Below the pieces are notes generated by a model, which saw nothing but the letters and a program-made list of their open reading frames with translations, was not told the DNA's origin and searched no databases. A stretch of DNA of 61,733 nucleotides, filler included, from Choristocarpus tenellus KU-1152 (lineage: Eukaryota; Protista; Phaeophyceae), in assembly GCA_964200185.2 (NCBI GenBank). It is 9 parts of 9 records of this genome, joined end to end, with 100 filler letters (N's around TTAATTAATTAA, not from the genome) between each part and the next. Parts side by side here need not be neighbours in the genome. Positions count along the whole stretch, not along the records: positions 16,135 to 27,945 come from CAXNAD020002126.1; positions 28,046 to 31,441 come from CAXNAD020020319.1; positions 31,542 to 36,988 come from CAXNAD020010746.1; positions 37,089 to 41,336 come from CAXNAD020015491.1; 5 more parts are not named here. One strand, 5' to 3'. Each line of letters starts with the position of its first letter. Position 1 is the first letter of the stretch. Of the stretch, positions 23,791-37,139 are shown one piece after another. A program made the translations under genes and the position numbers.

Positions 23791-26700
23791 ATGGGAATTG
23801 ATATTGAGGTTTCATCTTTGGGAGAAGTACCAGCATCCGTTGTGGACGTGGTGAACGAGACGGCAGAAGAAGTTCGTGGGGAGGCGTTGGAGACGAGCGC
23901 ACCTATCGTCGAGAAGCGAACTTCTGTACTGGAACAGAAAGATGGTCCGCGCATCCTCTCCGGCGATTTGACAAGACCTGGACTATCGGTGACCGACGTT
24001 ATTGTGACAGACGAGCTCGAAGATGATGACGAGCGAGGAGATGCAGAAGGAAATCAGATCACCTCAGACACCGCATTAGCACCCGTTAATGTTTCGGACG
24101 TGATTGGTGAAGGTACGTATCAAGTGGAACTTTTCAGCTTGGGTGTATTGGTTAAAACCTTTTTGCAAATTATGCATGTGTCTAATATTTGATGTTGAGT
24201 GTTGTCCTCAAGTCTACTTGTTCATGCGCAGCAGATGACATGGCGATTTGACGTGTGTCGTGCATCTCCCAAAGCCTTCAAATGTTCTTCCACTATACCC
24301 TTCCATTCTTTGTCCACACCACCTAGTCACAAGCATGTTTTATGAAACTGGCACATTGCATATGTCACTCAACATCATGCCAACTTCCACATCAATGCAC
24401 ACATATGTGATTCCGCCTCCTTTGCTGGACCAGATACTGAAAAGGAGCGAGCAGATGAGGTGGAGAGCGAGATCACTACTGTTCCTGAATTTATCTCAGT
24501 CGATGTTTCCGAGGTGCTCGGCAAAGGTAAGACTATTTGTATCCTGGGTGCATTGCTTGGACCTTTTCTTGTCCAACCTGTAGATATACAATTTTATTAT
24601 GGTGGTACTGTGCATCATGTGTGGTCTTCAAGCTTTCCCCTGTGTAGTTGGCAACATGCTGTACTGATATGTACTGAATTTTTATTGGTGATACTATGTC
24701 ATCAATGTTTTCCAATGTTCCACAATACCCTCCGTTCATCATCCTCACCTCACCTGGTAACAGACATATTTATCTGTAATTGGTGGCAAACCATGTGTGA
24801 CACTCAACTTTACTGCAATCTGCTTACCAACCCACACCTGTCTGTGATATCTTTTTTGGCACCCAAAACAGAAACTGAAGACGAGCGAGGAGATGCAGAA
24901 GGAAACCATATATCCTCAGACCCTGCATTGGCGCCTGTCAATGTTTCAAATACGACTTGCAAAGGTGTACTTTCCCCCATTTTTTCCTTCTCCCTAATTT
25001 TTTTTTTTTCTCTAGAATACATCAATTGGAACTTTGAGCTTGGATGCATTGATTATTATGCAACTTAAATGCAAATTTATCTATGTGTAGAATATTTGAT
25101 GTTGAGTGTTGTCAACAAGCCTGCCTGTTCTTGTGCAGCAATCAGTGTGACTATTTGATGTGTATTGAGCCTGTCTAAACACCTTCAAATGTTCCACTAA
25201 ACCATTCATCCATCATCTTTGCTCCACCTAGCCACAGGCATGTTTTATCTGTACCTTATCATACCATGGCACTCAACATCATGACAATTTCCATGCCAAT
25301 ACACTCCTCTATGATTCTGTCTTCTGCACTGGAACAGAAACAGAAGAAGAGCGAGCTGATCCCGTGGGAGACGGGATCGCTTCTGATTCTGTACCAGTCC
25401 CAGTTGATGTTTCTGATATGCTTGACAAAGGTGAGAATTTAGTGGGGACTTTGTAGCTGGGTTACATTGATTTGACCTTTTTGTAAACCTACGTCAAATT
25501 AATATCATGGTGAAAACTCACAATGTGTTGTTCCCAACCATGTTCCTGTGTACTTGTGAGTATGCCATACTTCAGTATGTTGAATCTGTGTCAGCGGTAG
25601 TAATTCATCAATATTTTTGCATGGTGTTCCTCAATACCCTCCATCCACCATCCTCGTCACACCTGGTTGGTAACAGGTATATTTTATCTTTAATAATTGG
25701 TGGGATACCATTCATGGCACCCAACTTCAAGCCAATCCCTTTTTCACTGACCCCTCTCTGTGATATTGTCTCCTGTGCCCAAAACTGCTTGCCAAACCAG
25801 ATGCGATCATTCCAAGCGAAAATGTAAATAGTGAAGCAGCCCCAAAAATCCCTGTGGAGGTTGCTGAGGAGGCCAGAAGAGAGGTTGCCAAGGCTGTTGA
25901 CATCTTGAAGACAACATTGGATGACCCTGAGAAGGTTGCACAGCTGTCTCCGGAGATCCCGTGTGCAATTGAGAATGTGGAGGGTGAGACTGTTGAGGCA
26001 AGATTTAACAAGAGAGTCGAAAATGCCACAGAGGTGGTAGAGGTAGCTGAGATAGAAGAGGTGACAATTGAACACCCTGAAGAAGCAGCAGGGTATGACA
26101 TTGATGTTGCGGTGGAGAACCCTGCCCCAACCGTGGAGGTTGCACAAGAGGCAGAGGTGGCTGTTGAGGCAACACAGTGCGAGGTGGAGGTGGCTGTGGA
26201 GGAACCCACTCCTACTGTGGAGGTTGCACAAGAGGCAGGGGTAGCCGTTGAGGCAGCACAGGGTGTGGTTGATGTGACTATTGAGGAACCTGCTCCAACT
26301 GTGGAGGCTGCAGAGGTGGCTGTTGAGATCCCTGCAGAGTTGACGGAGACTGAGATCAAGGTTGCTGTGGAGGAACCTGCTCCAACTGTGGAGGTAGCAG
26401 AGGAGGCAGAGGTGGCTGTTGCGATCCCTGCAGAGGTGATGGAGACTGAGATCAAGGTTGCTGTGCAGGAACCTGCTCCAACTGTGGAGGAGGCAGAGGT
26501 GGATATCGCGATCCCTGCAGAGGTGACGGAGACTGAGATCAAGATTTCTGTGGAGGAACCTGCTCCACCTGTGGAAGGTGTAGAGGAGACAGAGGTGGCC
26601 ATCAAAACCTCTGCAGAATTGACGGAGACTGAGGTCAAGGTTGCTGTGGAGGAACCTGCTCCAACTATAGAGGTTGCAGAGGTGGCAGAGGTGACAGAGA

Positions 26701-27945
26701 CCGAGATAAAGGTTGCCGAAGAGGAACCAGCTCCAACCGTGGAGGTTGCAGAGGTGGCTATTGAGGTCCCCGTAGAAATGACAGAGACAGAGGTCAAGGT
26801 TGCCATGGAGGAACCTGCTCCAACTGTTGAGGTTGTGGAGGAGTCAGAGGTGACTGTTGAGATCGCTGCAGAGGTGATGGATACTGAGGTGAAGGTTGCT
26901 GTGGAGGAACCTGCACCAACTGTGGAGCTAGCAGAGGAGGCAGAGGTGGCTGTTGAGATCCCTGTAGAGGTGATGAATACTGAGGTGAAGGTTGCTGTGG
27001 AGGAACCAGCTTCTACTGTTGAGGCTGCAGAGGAGGCAGAGGTGGCTGTTGAGATCCCTGAAGAGGTGATGAATTCTGAGGTGACGCTTGCCGTGGAGGA
27101 ACCTGCTCCAACTGCGGAGGTTGCAGAGGTGGCAGAGGTGGTCAATGAGATCCCTCCAGAGGTGACAGAGGCCGAGGTGAAGTTTTCTGTGGAGGAGCCT
27201 GCTCCAACTGTGGAAGTTGCACAGTTGGCAGAGGTGGCCATCAATACCCCTGCAGATGTAACGGAGACCGAGGTCAAGGTTGCTATGGATGAACCTGCTC
27301 CAGATGTGGAGGTTACAGAGGAGAGAGAGGTGTCCCGTGAGATCACTCCAGAGGTGATGGGGTCTGTGGCAAAGGTTCCTGTGGAGGAACCTGTACCAAC
27401 TGTGGAGGTTATAGAGGAGGCAGAGGTGGCTGTTGAGATCCCTGCAGCGGTGATGGAGACAGAGGTCAAGGTTGCTGTGGAGGAACCTGCTCCTACTGTT
27501 GAGGCTGCAGAGGAGGCAGAGGTGACCGCTGAGGTCCCTACTGAGGTGAAGGAGGTCGAGGTGGAGGTTGCTGTGGAGGAACCTGCTCCAACTGTTGAGG
27601 TTGCGGAGGAGTCAGAGGTGGCTGTTGAGATCGCTGCAGAGGTGATGGATACTAAGGAGAAGGTTGCTGTGGAGGAACCAGCTTCTACTGTTGAGGCCGC
27701 AGAGGGGGCAGAGGTGACTGCTGAGGTCGCTGAGTTGATGGAGGTCGAGGTGGAGGTTGCTGTGGAGGAACCTGCTCCTACTGTGGAGGTAGCAGAGGTG
27801 GCTGTTGAGATCCCTGCAGAGGTGATGGAGACTGAGATCAAGGTAGCTGTGGAGGAACCTGCTCCAACTGTGGAGGTAGCAGAGGAGGCAGAGGTGGCTG
27901 TTGAGATCCCTGCAGAGGTGATAGATACTGAGGTGAAGGTTGCTA
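23791..27945 (+). CDS. Highly acidic E/V/A/P/T-rich tandem-repeat protein (3' truncated)
   Basis: Exons 23791-24112, 24434-24526, 24872-24964, 25338-25430 and 25801->27945, all joined in phase 1 by GT-AG introns. The last exon encodes ~32-aa repeats of the type VAVEEPAPTVEVAEEAEVAVEIPAEVMETEIK. Confidence 0.85.
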
Positions 27946-28304
27946 NNNNNNNNNNNNNNNNNNNNNNNNNNNNNNNNNNNNNNNNNNNNTTAATTAATTA
28001 ANNNNNNNNNNNNNNNNNNNNNNNNNNNNNNNNNNNNNNNNNNNNCCTATAGATGATATTGATACACGTATAGGACTCCTGATGCACAAGTCGTCAAGTA
28101 TGCTGGATCTCTCGCTTGGATTATCATCACTATCATCGTATAAGAAGGAACTGTCTCGATAGGACTTCCATGTTACAGCGCGCTCCAGAACATATCGCCT
28201 GTAACACTACCCCTCAACCGTGATCCCCAACTTCCCAGTCCTGTAGGCCCATCCACCAGTTCATCTCCTATCCACCTTGCTTCAGTGGTCCAGTTTCAAG
28301 TTGG

Positions 28305-28562
28305 GAGTTAAAGTATCTTAGAGTGTAGAGCTGTGTCCATTTGGGAGCCAAATCCAATGTTGCGATTTTGATGTGATTTTGGCTATCATGTTTGTTAGGC
28401 AGTGTCAATATCCTTGTTCCGGACACATCTTTTTAAAACGAATACATTCTACCTACTCCGAAACATTTCGGGAGTAGGAAAATGTCATAAAGAACCCGTG
28501 GGAAGCCAAGCCCCAAGCGAGCAAACAGGGCAAAACTCATACCCTCTAAGATACTTTCACTC
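28305..28562 (+). mobile_element. MITE family A, full copy (258 bp)
   Basis: GAGTTAAAGTATCTTAGAG...CTCTAAGATACTTTCACTC; TSD TTGG. Confidence 0.9.
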
Positions 28563-29452
28563 TTGGCTTTGCTACTACTACTTGTTGTGGAAACAATCCC
28601 ACACTTTTCCGACCCATCAACTTTTGGTGGTGATGTCAGGTTCAATACTGAAGGTGGCCCACACTCCTTTTTTCTATGTTGGTCGAGTCTTCTTTAGTAC
28701 TTTCACATATACCAGTCAGTCTATGAAGGATGGTTCCAACTTAGGATTGAAAGTGAGACAATATACATACATATTAGGAAATGTTATGATCGCAGTTCAA
28801 TCTGTTCAGTTCGATTAATCTATAGCCGAATAACTTAACTTTTTTTTTGGTTATTTAAAAAAACGCAATACACTTTGACGTGTGACTAACGAAAGTCTTA
28901 GAAGAGGTCATACAAACATTCGTAACATTGTTACTACATGTCACTAAACACTACGCATTTTCAACGCAAAATCGGATGTTCCTCCAAACACCAACTTCAG
29001 AATTTTTGGTGGCCGCGCGCCACTCGGCGAGTTGGGGACACTCCCGACAAATCGTTTCGATGCAATTCGATTAATCGAAATGTTTCCTCAACCGATTTTT
29101 GACGTACTCATAAGTTTATAAGTTTTTTCGTATCACAATTCTAATTGTGGATAGAACTTATTGCAAATTTGTTCCTTCAAACAATATATATTTTTCAATA
29201 GATATACACGGAACATCAATACATCACAAAAAAATATCACATCCACCATCTAACACCCACATACAAAAATCTCTATGAAGATGTATAAGTTCCAAATTAA
29301 GTAAATGATATACAATAGATTCATGCCAGTCAGAAATTTAATTGAAACCTACCATGCTTCCCCTCCTCTGTCGATGGTAGAGTTGCTACACCACCAAGCA
29401 GCTATATAGTTGGCTGCACTGTGTGAACGTTTTCAATCGCAACCACAGCAAG

Positions 29453-29726
29453 ATGGGTTGCGTGAGCTCAAAAGCAAGCATTGACAGTCCGCGACAACTA
29501 GGCGCACCCGGATTGCCAGAGTGCACAGAACTCCCAGGACTGGAACAGGAGAATGAGGACAAGGTGGCTAATGTGGAAAACCAGACTTCCTTGTCCTCGC
29601 CTACATTTGGAAGTGGTTCGACTCTTTCAGCAAATATACATCGAACCGAGCGAGCTATCGAGAGTTATGAATCAATTGCGTTGCAAGTGAGTGGAAATCG
29701 ACCTCGAAGGAGTGTATGTAGTGGAG
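29453..29726 (+). CDS. First exon of a gene with an N-myristoylation/palmitoylation motif (MGCVSSK)
   Basis: ATG 29453 gives MGCVSSKASIDSPRQ, an MGCxxS acylation consensus. A candidate downstream exon lies at ~30967-31356. Donor position is uncertain. Confidence 0.55.
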
Positions 29727-31782
29727 GTGTAAGGTACAGCTTCGTTGCCATAAGTGTTGTTTTTCAGTTTCTGTGTGGGGACTCTTTGCGTGTCATAGGT
29801 TGCACCTTTAGAGAATCACGTAGATAACATGATGTCGTAGAGAACGAACCTCGGGAACTACAGACTGGTGGTAAGAAGTAGCTACGAGATGATGAATAGT
29901 TGTGCAAATCAAAATTTGGAGTAAGGGGATATTCAATCGCACAGCCCAGCTTAACTCCAGAACGCATAGGAACAAGACGCAGATATGTATATGTATTTAG
30001 GGGGGAGCAGAAATCTTGCGTACCTTAACTAGCTTCGAAATTGGAAAGGGCATTGAAAGATAAACTCATTGCACTTGGAAGAAATTTTTTCTCTACTCTA
30101 CTCCCTCTCATACTCTGATGCTCTTGACCTCAAACCCATGTCCATGAACCCGCGGACGTACCCGGAAGATCTCCGAGATGGCTCAAAGCAGTCGCTCGTC
30201 TATTACTGGATCTGTCCTTGCGACCTTGAAGAGCGTGTCATCGTCGGTGGGGTCGGCCAGGGTAAACAGGGAGCGATTGGTGATACTACTCTGTCACTGT
30301 AAGGACACGGTGAGTTTTGCTCGGGTTTTTGCTTGGGGGGAGGAGATGGAATGAGTGGAGGGTCTGGATTGGAGAGGTGGGGATTAATGCTCTGGGGTGG
30401 AGCTTGTGGTTAAATGTTCGTTACTGGATGTTGGTCAGGGCTCAGCTGAAACAGGAGGCGAAGATTAAAGGGTGATGGACGGGACTGCTAACCTAAGATT
30501 TGCCCATGAGCCTTGAAACAAGACTGGTATGTAGTATATCGTACAAGTGAGTTCTAAGAGATAAGACCGTTGGTCGCAGCAACTTTACGTTGATTAAGGG
30601 AAGGCGTCTACCGCAGGCTGAAGGACCTTGGTTTGCCCAGGTAGTGAGCGAAAACGCTATGTCTCGAACCCCCCTGCTGATCCCTTCATAGAACAACTCT
30701 CCCACACCATTTCAAAGCTCTCCTGAGATAGGTACTACAATGTTTTTCCACTTGAAGAATTTCTGGCATTCTACTTCAGAATTATAACCTGAAGTCCATG
30801 ATCAAATCATGCCGTACTATTGTCGGGATTGCTTGCAGCATGTGAAATCGGTGGTGTAGTCCTGGCACATCTTGCAGATATGATATGGTGTTAAGCACGC
30901 ATTACGCTCACAAGCTTTGAGATTAAGTCAACATCAACATGCCCTCCTCATCATGACCTCTGCCAGGCACAGGAGTTCCTCAAAACAGAGGCGTTATCCT
31001 CTTCAAAGAGCAGCAGTGGCACTGTTGCCGACACCAGTGAAGCCTCCTCTGTGTCAATCACTTCATGGCCCCCTGCCCTTGCTCTAGCGGAGGAGCTTAC
31101 AGCAGAAATGATCCGAATCTTCAGCTTTGCCACAGCCTGCTCGCCTGCTGGCATCTTACGATCACTGTGTGAAGGACATGGCCTGCCAGCAGCCGGGTGC
31201 TGTGCATGCTCCCAAAATTTTGACACCATGTTGGAAGGAAAAAAGGCCTCTGAGGGGGGTGGTGTGCGGAGGGGTTGTGCCTCCTTCCATGCCACGATTG
31301 GTGGGAACAAACAATGGTTCGTGGATCGAGCGACCCGATTGACCTGTCTGGCACAGGAAGCAAGAAGAGGAAATCCAAGTATAGGGGGGGGGGGGGGGAA
31401 AAGAGACCGTGGAGAACTCTTAAAAGGGGAGCTAAAGGAGGNNNNNNNNNNNNNNNNNNNNNNNNNNNNNNNNNNNNNNNNNNNNTTAATTAATTAANNN
31501 NNNNNNNNNNNNNNNNNNNNNNNNNNNNNNNNNNNNNNNNNGTATAACGGTATATGGCATACGAGCAATACGGTACAATAACAGACAAATATGCTTTCCA
31601 CAGAATGGAGTAAAGGGAAGTGTGTGTGGTCGAAATGTTTGAGTGTTCAATATACCAGATTGAAGGAAGTGTTCGTAATATGTTTATAAGGCAGAGGATG
31701 TGGTGTAATCGCGGAGAGAGAAGGAGAGGCAATGCACAGTGATGCTAGAGAAATACACATGATGTAAGTAGTGTGAAGATGT

Positions 31783-32036
31783 GAGTCAAAGGATCTTAGA
31801 GGGTAGAGTCGCGTCCATTTGGGGGCCAAAATCCAATGTTGCAATTTTGATGTAATTTTGGCTACCATGTTTGTTAGGAGATGTCAATATCCTTGTTCCG
31901 CACACACGTTTTCATAATGTAAACAATGTACCTACTCCGGAAAATCATAGGTTAAATGTCATTGAAAACCCGTGGGAAGCCAAGCCCCAAATGGACAAAC
32001 AGGGCAGAAATCATACCCTCTAAGATACTTTCACTC
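31783..32036 (+). mobile_element. MITE family A, full copy (254 bp)
   Basis: GAGTCAAAGGATCTTAGAGGGTA...TACCCTCTAAGATACTTTCACTC; 3-bp TSD TGT. Confidence 0.9.
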
Positions 32037-34281
32037 TGTAACATGCAGTTGGATCAATATATGACGAATCAAGATATACAATGTGTATGGATTTGACATG
32101 TCTCTGTGAGTTCGTGTTTATATATCTAATTGTAACGAGAGGATATGTTACAAATCGCTCCATAGCTTACCTCCGCGTGATGTGTAGCACCAGTCCACAA
32201 ACCTGTACATGACACTGATGCACGTACAAGACGCGCGAGATATACCGATAGCCTCATGACCAGCGAAGATTCTAGCTATCAGGTTAACAGATGAAGGTAT
32301 AGTTCATCTCAAGGTAAATATATGACAAGATCCGAACTAAAAACATGGGGGGGGTGTTAATCACGAATTATTTTCTGAATGGGTCGAGCTTTCAGACGTC
32401 GTAATACAACTGTAAACAATTGCCTTATTCTATGTTACATTTTTTTTGGAGTAACTATAGCAAACCGAACTTCCCCGTTTGGGGGTTCTGTGCACACACT
32501 TACTGCGCGCACTACTTAAAGCACGAGAAGAAATACTTGCGCTACTTACGTGTAACAATACAGATAGCATGGATCTAGAATGCTTGTCCTGGATACACTA
32601 ATGGAAAGAACAACGGTATTAGGGATATGGAGTCATTTATGGTATACCTTTGCAAACGGATGTGTCGTGAAAAAGGCGATGTATGTGATGAGAGGGTATG
32701 GTGTTGTTCTTTGAACCAGTCATCAGTGTTGGATACCGTACATGATGCTGGTGATAAAGAGAAGAATCCTTGGTGAAGAGAAATGGATCTCATACTTTTG
32801 GAATGTTTGGAAACAAGGATGGGGATACTAGCAAGGCCTATGCATTTGTGGATATGCAATGAAGATGGCGTGTTGTTGAGGTTTAGACTGGATGGTGTCG
32901 ATTTTGAGGGCAAAAGCAGATTTCGTACCTTGAACAGCGTCTAAAGAACAAGGAAGACGAGCAAAGGGTCGTGCTCAAGGATGGCCTCATATGAGGTGTG
33001 GTACTTGAGGTTGGCGTATCAGATAGTGAAAGAAGGCAAGATATCAGGTGGTGCTCCTACCACACAGAAGATGCTGATGTAGGAGAATGTGCCCCACAAC
33101 ACTGCAACTTCTTCATCATATCTGATTGATAGGTTACGCACAAGTGAGCATCTTGACCACTATTTTATCCATCTACCACCACTTCTTGTTCTACTTCTAT
33201 AGGATTATATTGAATTGAGTGTCCATAGATATTGCACTTGAAAATGCCATTTGCATGTAGCCTTGCATTCCACGTCCAGACTCACAATTTGCATGTCCTA
33301 CTCGGTAAGATCCACCAAGTCCTTACACCAGTCATCACATATTCGCTACTTCTTCTTTTCTTCCCTCTTCTTCTCTCTCCTCGTTCTTGAAAGGTTAGGG
33401 AATCTAAGGTTCAGAGCGAGCTTTATTGGTAGGGAGTCAACATGAGCACTACCTCTGTGGTCAATACAAGAAACCTCATCTATGTCGAGCACACCAATGC
33501 CAGGCTACTACCTAGCCTTGTCAGATAGCGACTACATAGTGTTGTATACCCTTCTGAGTTAGAAATTCGATCCTTCTTGGGTCAAGGAGTTGTTTGAACA
33601 TCCGTCAAACTGCCTACCTGCGTTGTCCCTAATAGGTGGTGACAGTGTAGCCAGCGACGACCACAATGACATGGGCTGCAAGGACAGAATGCTCATTTCA
33701 ATAGTGTAAGATCATGACAACGTGAAGATGCCTGAAGATGCTTGATGTCAGCAAAGGAGGAATGTGAGGGACTGGGTCTGATGCGAGTAGTGTGGGTGTG
33801 GCTCCTGGTGGAGGTATCACAAATGATTCACCAAAAAAGGCCTGGGAGAAAGAGAGGAAATGATAATGTGTCAGCAGGGTCTAAAAAGAAGGTTAGAAAA
33901 TCCAACAACTCTATGCACTGGTTCATACTATTGCTTTGGTTGGGGATGCAGGAAGGACTGCCATGAAGGGCATGGGCAATGAATAATGTAATGATGACTA
34001 AATAATAAATACGGAGTAGTCAAAAGGTACAATATCTAAATCTAGGACTTCAAGGTCACAACAGTGTTCATGAAACCGCCATTTAGACCCATTGTCTGTG
34101 ACATGCCCCCCGAGCATGAACCACAACTGCTTCAACGCGGAGAATATGCAATTGGACAAGGAAATAAAATTTAGCCCTTACTCTATCATGAACGTAGCAG
34201 AAATGAAATGTATGTCACTTCCAGATCCTAACATAATATCAATAGGCAGCGTTGGGGATCCAGCGGAGGAGGAAACCTGGA

Positions 34282-34432
34282 GACCCAAAGTATCTGGGGG
34301 GGGGGGTCTACACCACGGCGTCCATTTGGACCCAAATAAGGAAAAGTACATTTACATGATCCATCCGACGTGTGCAACCAAATCACCCAAAAATCGCGAC
34401 GTGAAAAAATTGACCGTCAGATACTTTGAGCC
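34282..34432 (+). mobile_element. MITE family B, internally deleted copy (151 bp)
   Basis: GACCCAAAGTATCTGGGG...CAGATACTTTGAGCC; TSD TGGA. Confidence 0.85.
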
Positions 34433-35752
34433 TGGAGGGAACGCCCCCTTCCAATGTTTACCCTGATGACAGATAAGCTAGCGTGACATATGCACGTCAA
34501 GGAATTCACCATACTTTTTACTCAACATCCAATAGAAAACCTCCTACACCAAAGTCTCACACTCATGTTAAAATAGGGCACTACCATAAAAGGACTCTCC
34601 CCCTTTCAGAACCATGAGCACATATGAATGTAGACACGAAATCACATGAACAAAGAAATGAGGTACTGCCGTAGAAAGACTCTCTCCCCCTCAGAACTAT
34701 GAACATAAACAAATACGGACAAAAATGTATCACAATAACATAGAAATAGACGACTGAAATAGAAAGACTCCCAAAGACTCTAGGTTATTATTAGGGTCGA
34801 AAATATTTTAGTATCAGAAGAAATATAAAACAATAGAGCAAGAGAACGATGTCAAGAAAGAAGAAGAAAAATGCCCGATAAGGGTAGAAATATGTTTGAT
34901 ATCTCAAGAAAGTGATGTAAGTAAGGTTGAGAGGATGTCGGTACTATGTGAGGAGTAATTGAGGCGGAGAAAGAGTTCATGTAAGTGTGTTAGATTTTGA
35001 ATTTTGAGTCTTCTGCGGTGGTGGTGATCGATATTGAAGAATTAGGTCAGGCTTTGGGAAAGTTAGGGAAAGCAGGGGTAAGACCTGACACATCATGGAT
35101 GTGTGTGAAAGGAAATTTAAAGGTTTGGGCAAGCAATGGGGGATAGGGAAGGAGTGAACCCAACATAGATTTGTTTTGCAAGTGGTTGGGGGCGATGGAA
35201 GACATAGAACGAGAGATCTCGGGTGAGACAAATAACAGCCGATTTCAAAAATTGAGGATGGAGCTTTTCATTGAGGATGGGCTTGACCCAAAATTGACTG
35301 GGAAGAAGTAGGATGAGTAATTTTTTGGGGAGGGGGGATCGATCAGCATATTGCAATGGGGCGCACCGCTGTGGATAGGACGATATGAGTAGGATGGGGA
35401 TAAGAGGCAACCTGGAGGCGTTAGAAGCCATGAAGAAAGCAATTGCAAATAGAGAGGAAAATGCCTCTCTTCCCTGTGAAGTACACTTCTTGTTATTTCA
35501 AGGGGGGATTGTTGGTCAGAAATGAGATACATTCAACTCCAATCAGAAGAGTATTCTGATGGTGGTGGAGGGTGAGTGTTGAGTGCCATGACAAATCTTA
35601 GATTCTAGACTCAGATCACCTTCCCCAAGGAGATGGGTGACAGTGAGGAAAGGTATGATGAATAGTAGTTAGTACGCATCTTAAAACCCCCCACAATTTA
35701 GAGGTTAGAATGATATGTCCTTCATCGCATCTCCAGAATGTTAAGAGGGAAT

Positions 35753-35810
35753 AATAGTTTTCATTGGTTTTTCCCCTGACACATCTGCAAAATGTCAGAG
35801 GGCATAATAA
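35753..35810 (+). repeat. 58-bp dispersed hairpin repeat with AAT-rich tail, copy 2
   Basis: Matches 4011-4068 in reverse orientation; followed by TATATAATATAATAT. Confidence 0.7.
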
Positions 35811-36042
35811 TATATAATATAATATGTGTCACTTGAAGTATTTTATATTTTATTTGTTTATATATTTTTTGTTCACACCATACATCGTATGTTTTGTAAA
35901 CCGTATGGTTGTATCTACGTATATATTTTTTTACATGAACATCATCATCAACCCTCATGCACCCACGTCCTCCCATTCAAAGACGTCAAAGCAAATCTTC
36001 CGTCATCATCGCACCACTATCCTTTACAAATAGGCTGTAATC

Positions 36043-36954
36043 ATGTTCGCCAGGTGTGTGCTTGTAGCCATGGCCCTGTTCGCCATCAGCGCGGAGGCCT
36101 TCGTGGGTTCCCCTGTCAGGGTCAATTCCCGTACACCAGCACTCTTCTCCCGTTTGTCCATGAGCAAAGATCAGCACCCTGAGATCGAGGTGAGCCTGTA
36201 TATGCCAACGAGTAGGATTCATGATGGTGTATTAGCATGTCCTATTTTTATGTTAGACTCTGTGTCAACTAAAGATCAACGTGGTCCTACCTGGACACAG
36301 TGGTGATTGCACGTGATGACGTGTGTTCCTTGTATTGCACGCAACTTGTTTCCAGACTGTTTTTCCCTAGTATACGTTTGTGATAGTACTTAAGTGGTCA
36401 GGGACTATCACATGAGCTTCGTGAGGGGCGATCAACGCATGACCTAAACCATGGTCACATAACTTCATTTCGTCAGTGTCTAGTTCTCGACGACGAGGAC
36501 AATGTGTGGGTCCAGGGTTGGATGTGTTTGACAAAACCTGACGGAGAGTGTAGTAAACTTGCTTAGGAGTGAGGAAATGCCTTTCCCATGGGAACCCAGC
36601 GCAAGAGGGCACGGTTTAGTAGTTGAGGCGCGGCTACGTTGATGTCCTGTGAGATTTATGTAGGTCTCGCCGATTGCTCTGACAACGTGTTGGCTGATGC
36701 AGTAACTCTCCAGTTTATGTCATGCTGTAGTGATATTCAGTCCCAGCACCCTCACCTCACAAATATGAACATCGAAGACTTCCGCGTTCTATGCACCTGG
36801 GAAAACCTAGGTTGCCGAGAAGGCTGCGTTGGAAGCTACCAAGAAGTTTGGGGTATCAAGCAAGGAGGCCCAACTGGCCTGGGACTTTTACGAGGAGGTC
36901 GCCGCTCAGGACAACTCAGTCGCCACACTCCCCCCCCTCGACGACAGCTGTGAT
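36043..36954 (+). CDS. CP12: Plastid-targeted CP12-like protein (3' truncated)
   Basis: Exon 36043-36189 encodes a signal peptide, an ASAFAP-type AEAF-V cleavage site and a transit peptide. Exon 36811-36954 encodes EATKKFGVSSKEAQLAWDFYEEVAAQDNS...LDDSCD, containing the CP12 AWD..EE motif. Phase-0 GT-AG intron. Confidence 0.75.
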
Positions 36955-37088
36955 GTGAGTGGGCATTCTATGGGTGGGATGGGAACAGNNNNNNNNNNNN
37001 NNNNNNNNNNNNNNNNNNNNNNNNNNNNNNNNTTAATTAATTAANNNNNNNNNNNNNNNNNNNNNNNNNNNNNNNNNNNNNNNNNNNN

Positions 37089-37139
37089 CACAAATGGACA
37101 AACAGGGAAAAATTCGTACCCTCTAAGATAGTTTCACTC
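37089..37139 (+). mobile_element. MITE family A, partial right end at contig start
   Basis: CAAATGGACAAACAGGG...CCCTCTAAGATAGTTTCACTC. Confidence 0.85.

Noticed and set aside
25727-27841. 704-aa S/T/A-rich mucin-like ORF on the minus strand
   Set aside because: Antisense shadow of the acidic repeat exon; the plus strand has the consistent splice structure.
35117-35431. FYV...IYVGFT resembling a GIY-YIG endonuclease (Penelope-like)
   Set aside because: Only a weak motif resemblance with no RT nearby, and the ORF runs across a non-coding terminal repeat at 35225.
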